A stretch of DNA of 63,155 bases, the filler included, from Octopus bimaculoides (Eukaryota), in the NCBI RefSeq assembly GCF_001194135.2. It is 4 parts of 4 records of this genome, joined end to end, with 100 filler letters (N's around TTAATTAATTAA, not from the genome) between each part and the next. Parts side by side here need not be neighbours in the genome. Positions count along the whole stretch, not along the records: positions 38,333 to 63,155 come from NC_068992.1; 3 more parts are not named here. One strand, written 5' to 3'. Shown here in pieces: positions 61,900 to 63,155 of the stretch (position 1 is the stretch's first letter; the number at the start of each line of letters is the position of its first letter). The notes under the pieces are model-generated. The model did not search any database. It was not told the origin of the DNA and was given only the letters and a program-made list of their open reading frames with translations. The position numbers and the translations under genes were made by a program.

Positions 61900-62232
61900 G
61901 GCATGGCTCAGTAGTGAGAGCGTCTGGCGTACAATCATGAGGTAGTGAGTTCAATTTCCAGACCGGGCTGTGTGTTGTGTTCTTGAGCAAGATACTTTAG
62001 TTCATGTTGCTCCAATCCACTCATCTGTAGAAATGAGTTGTGATGTCACTGGTGCCAAGCAGTATCGGCCCCTTTGCCTTTTCCCTTGGATAACATCAGT
62101 GGCATGAAGAGGGGAGGCTGGTTTGCATGGTTGACTGCTGGTCTTCCATAAACAACCTTGCTCAAACTTGTGCCTCGGAAGGTAATTTCTAGGTACAATC
62201 CCATGGTCAGTCATGACCGAAGGGGGTCCAAG
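61900..62232 (+). mobile_element. SINE family D
   Basis: Same head, core and end. Confidence 0.88.
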
Positions 62233-62234
62233 AC

Positions 62235-62293
<59 letters not shown>

Positions 62294-62405
62294 ATGATGG
62301 CTACAGCAAGCCTTTCTCTATGATCTATATCAAAAATCTAGTACTATCTATCTCTCTATCAGTCTGTCTACCTGCCTGCCTGTCTGTTCGTCCAGTTATA
62401 CATCC

Positions 62406-62439
<34 letters not shown>

Positions 62440-62446
62440 GTATCTG

Positions 62447-62501
<55 letters not shown>

Positions 62502-62850
62502 GTCTATCTATCTAGTTACCTATCTATAGCTATGAAAGTTGCATTTTCGACAAAGGTCACATGATCTATGTATGATTAAAGTAAAGATTGTGATAAATGT
62601 GTGGAGAGACAATGATGCAGGAAATCCCCCGGAAATATCTCTTGTTACTATCCAATTTTATCAATCTTTCTGATAATTTCCGTCACCTTTGGGTATTAAT
62701 TTCCGTTTGTTTTTCTTAGATTAAGAGACATTAAGACAACCTCAAACAGCAAATAATATTCATTCTTTCATCATCTACCACCACATCAAAGTACATATGA
62801 ATAAATTCCTAAGATATATATATGCATATATGGGAGAGAGATAGATAGAG

Positions 62851-62918
<68 letters not shown>

Positions 62919-63096
62919 AGAGTGTTGCAGAATGCTTTTGTTAAGAATGCCTTTGGAAGTTATTGGAAGTGAGTATGATAGGAAGGCAGCTAGCAGGGCT
63001 GGGTGGATTACCTTACTTGGAAATGGTGCAAGCTGTACACTGTAGTATGGTTTCCAAAGATCAGGGTGTATCGTGAAAGAAGAAGAAAGAGAAAGG

Positions 63097-63155
<59 letters not shown>

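Overview
AT-rich, microsatellite-dense, gapped eukaryotic genomic DNA. The SINE/LINE repertoire points to an octopod cephalopod (my recognition, not a database result). Most of the window is repeat-filled, probably intronic sequence, and most long ORFs in the supplied track are artefacts of microsatellites or N-gaps. Decayed mobile elements include three Penelope-like (RT + C-terminal GIY-YIG, probably Hydra-clade) remnants, a ~3 kb RTE LINE with a PHD-like finger inside its RT, several young RTE 3' ends, a nested R4/Dong-type element, a CR1/L2-type remnant, two pogo/Tigger, two mariner and one DD37D-type Tc1/mariner remnants, hAT, piggyBac, Tc1 and foldback MITEs, a Helentron-type non-autonomous element and many tRNA-derived SINEs. 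Beyond the ORF track I found (i) a phase-compatible set of short minus-strand candidate exons for an unidentified single-pass membrane protein (RGKR site followed by a clean TM exon), (ii) three minimal hammerhead ribozyme motifs, one with the compensatory U3-A8 core, (iii) tandem tRNA-like cloverleaves inside hairpins, and (iv) several direct/inverted repeat structures. No exon call is supported by expression or homology data.
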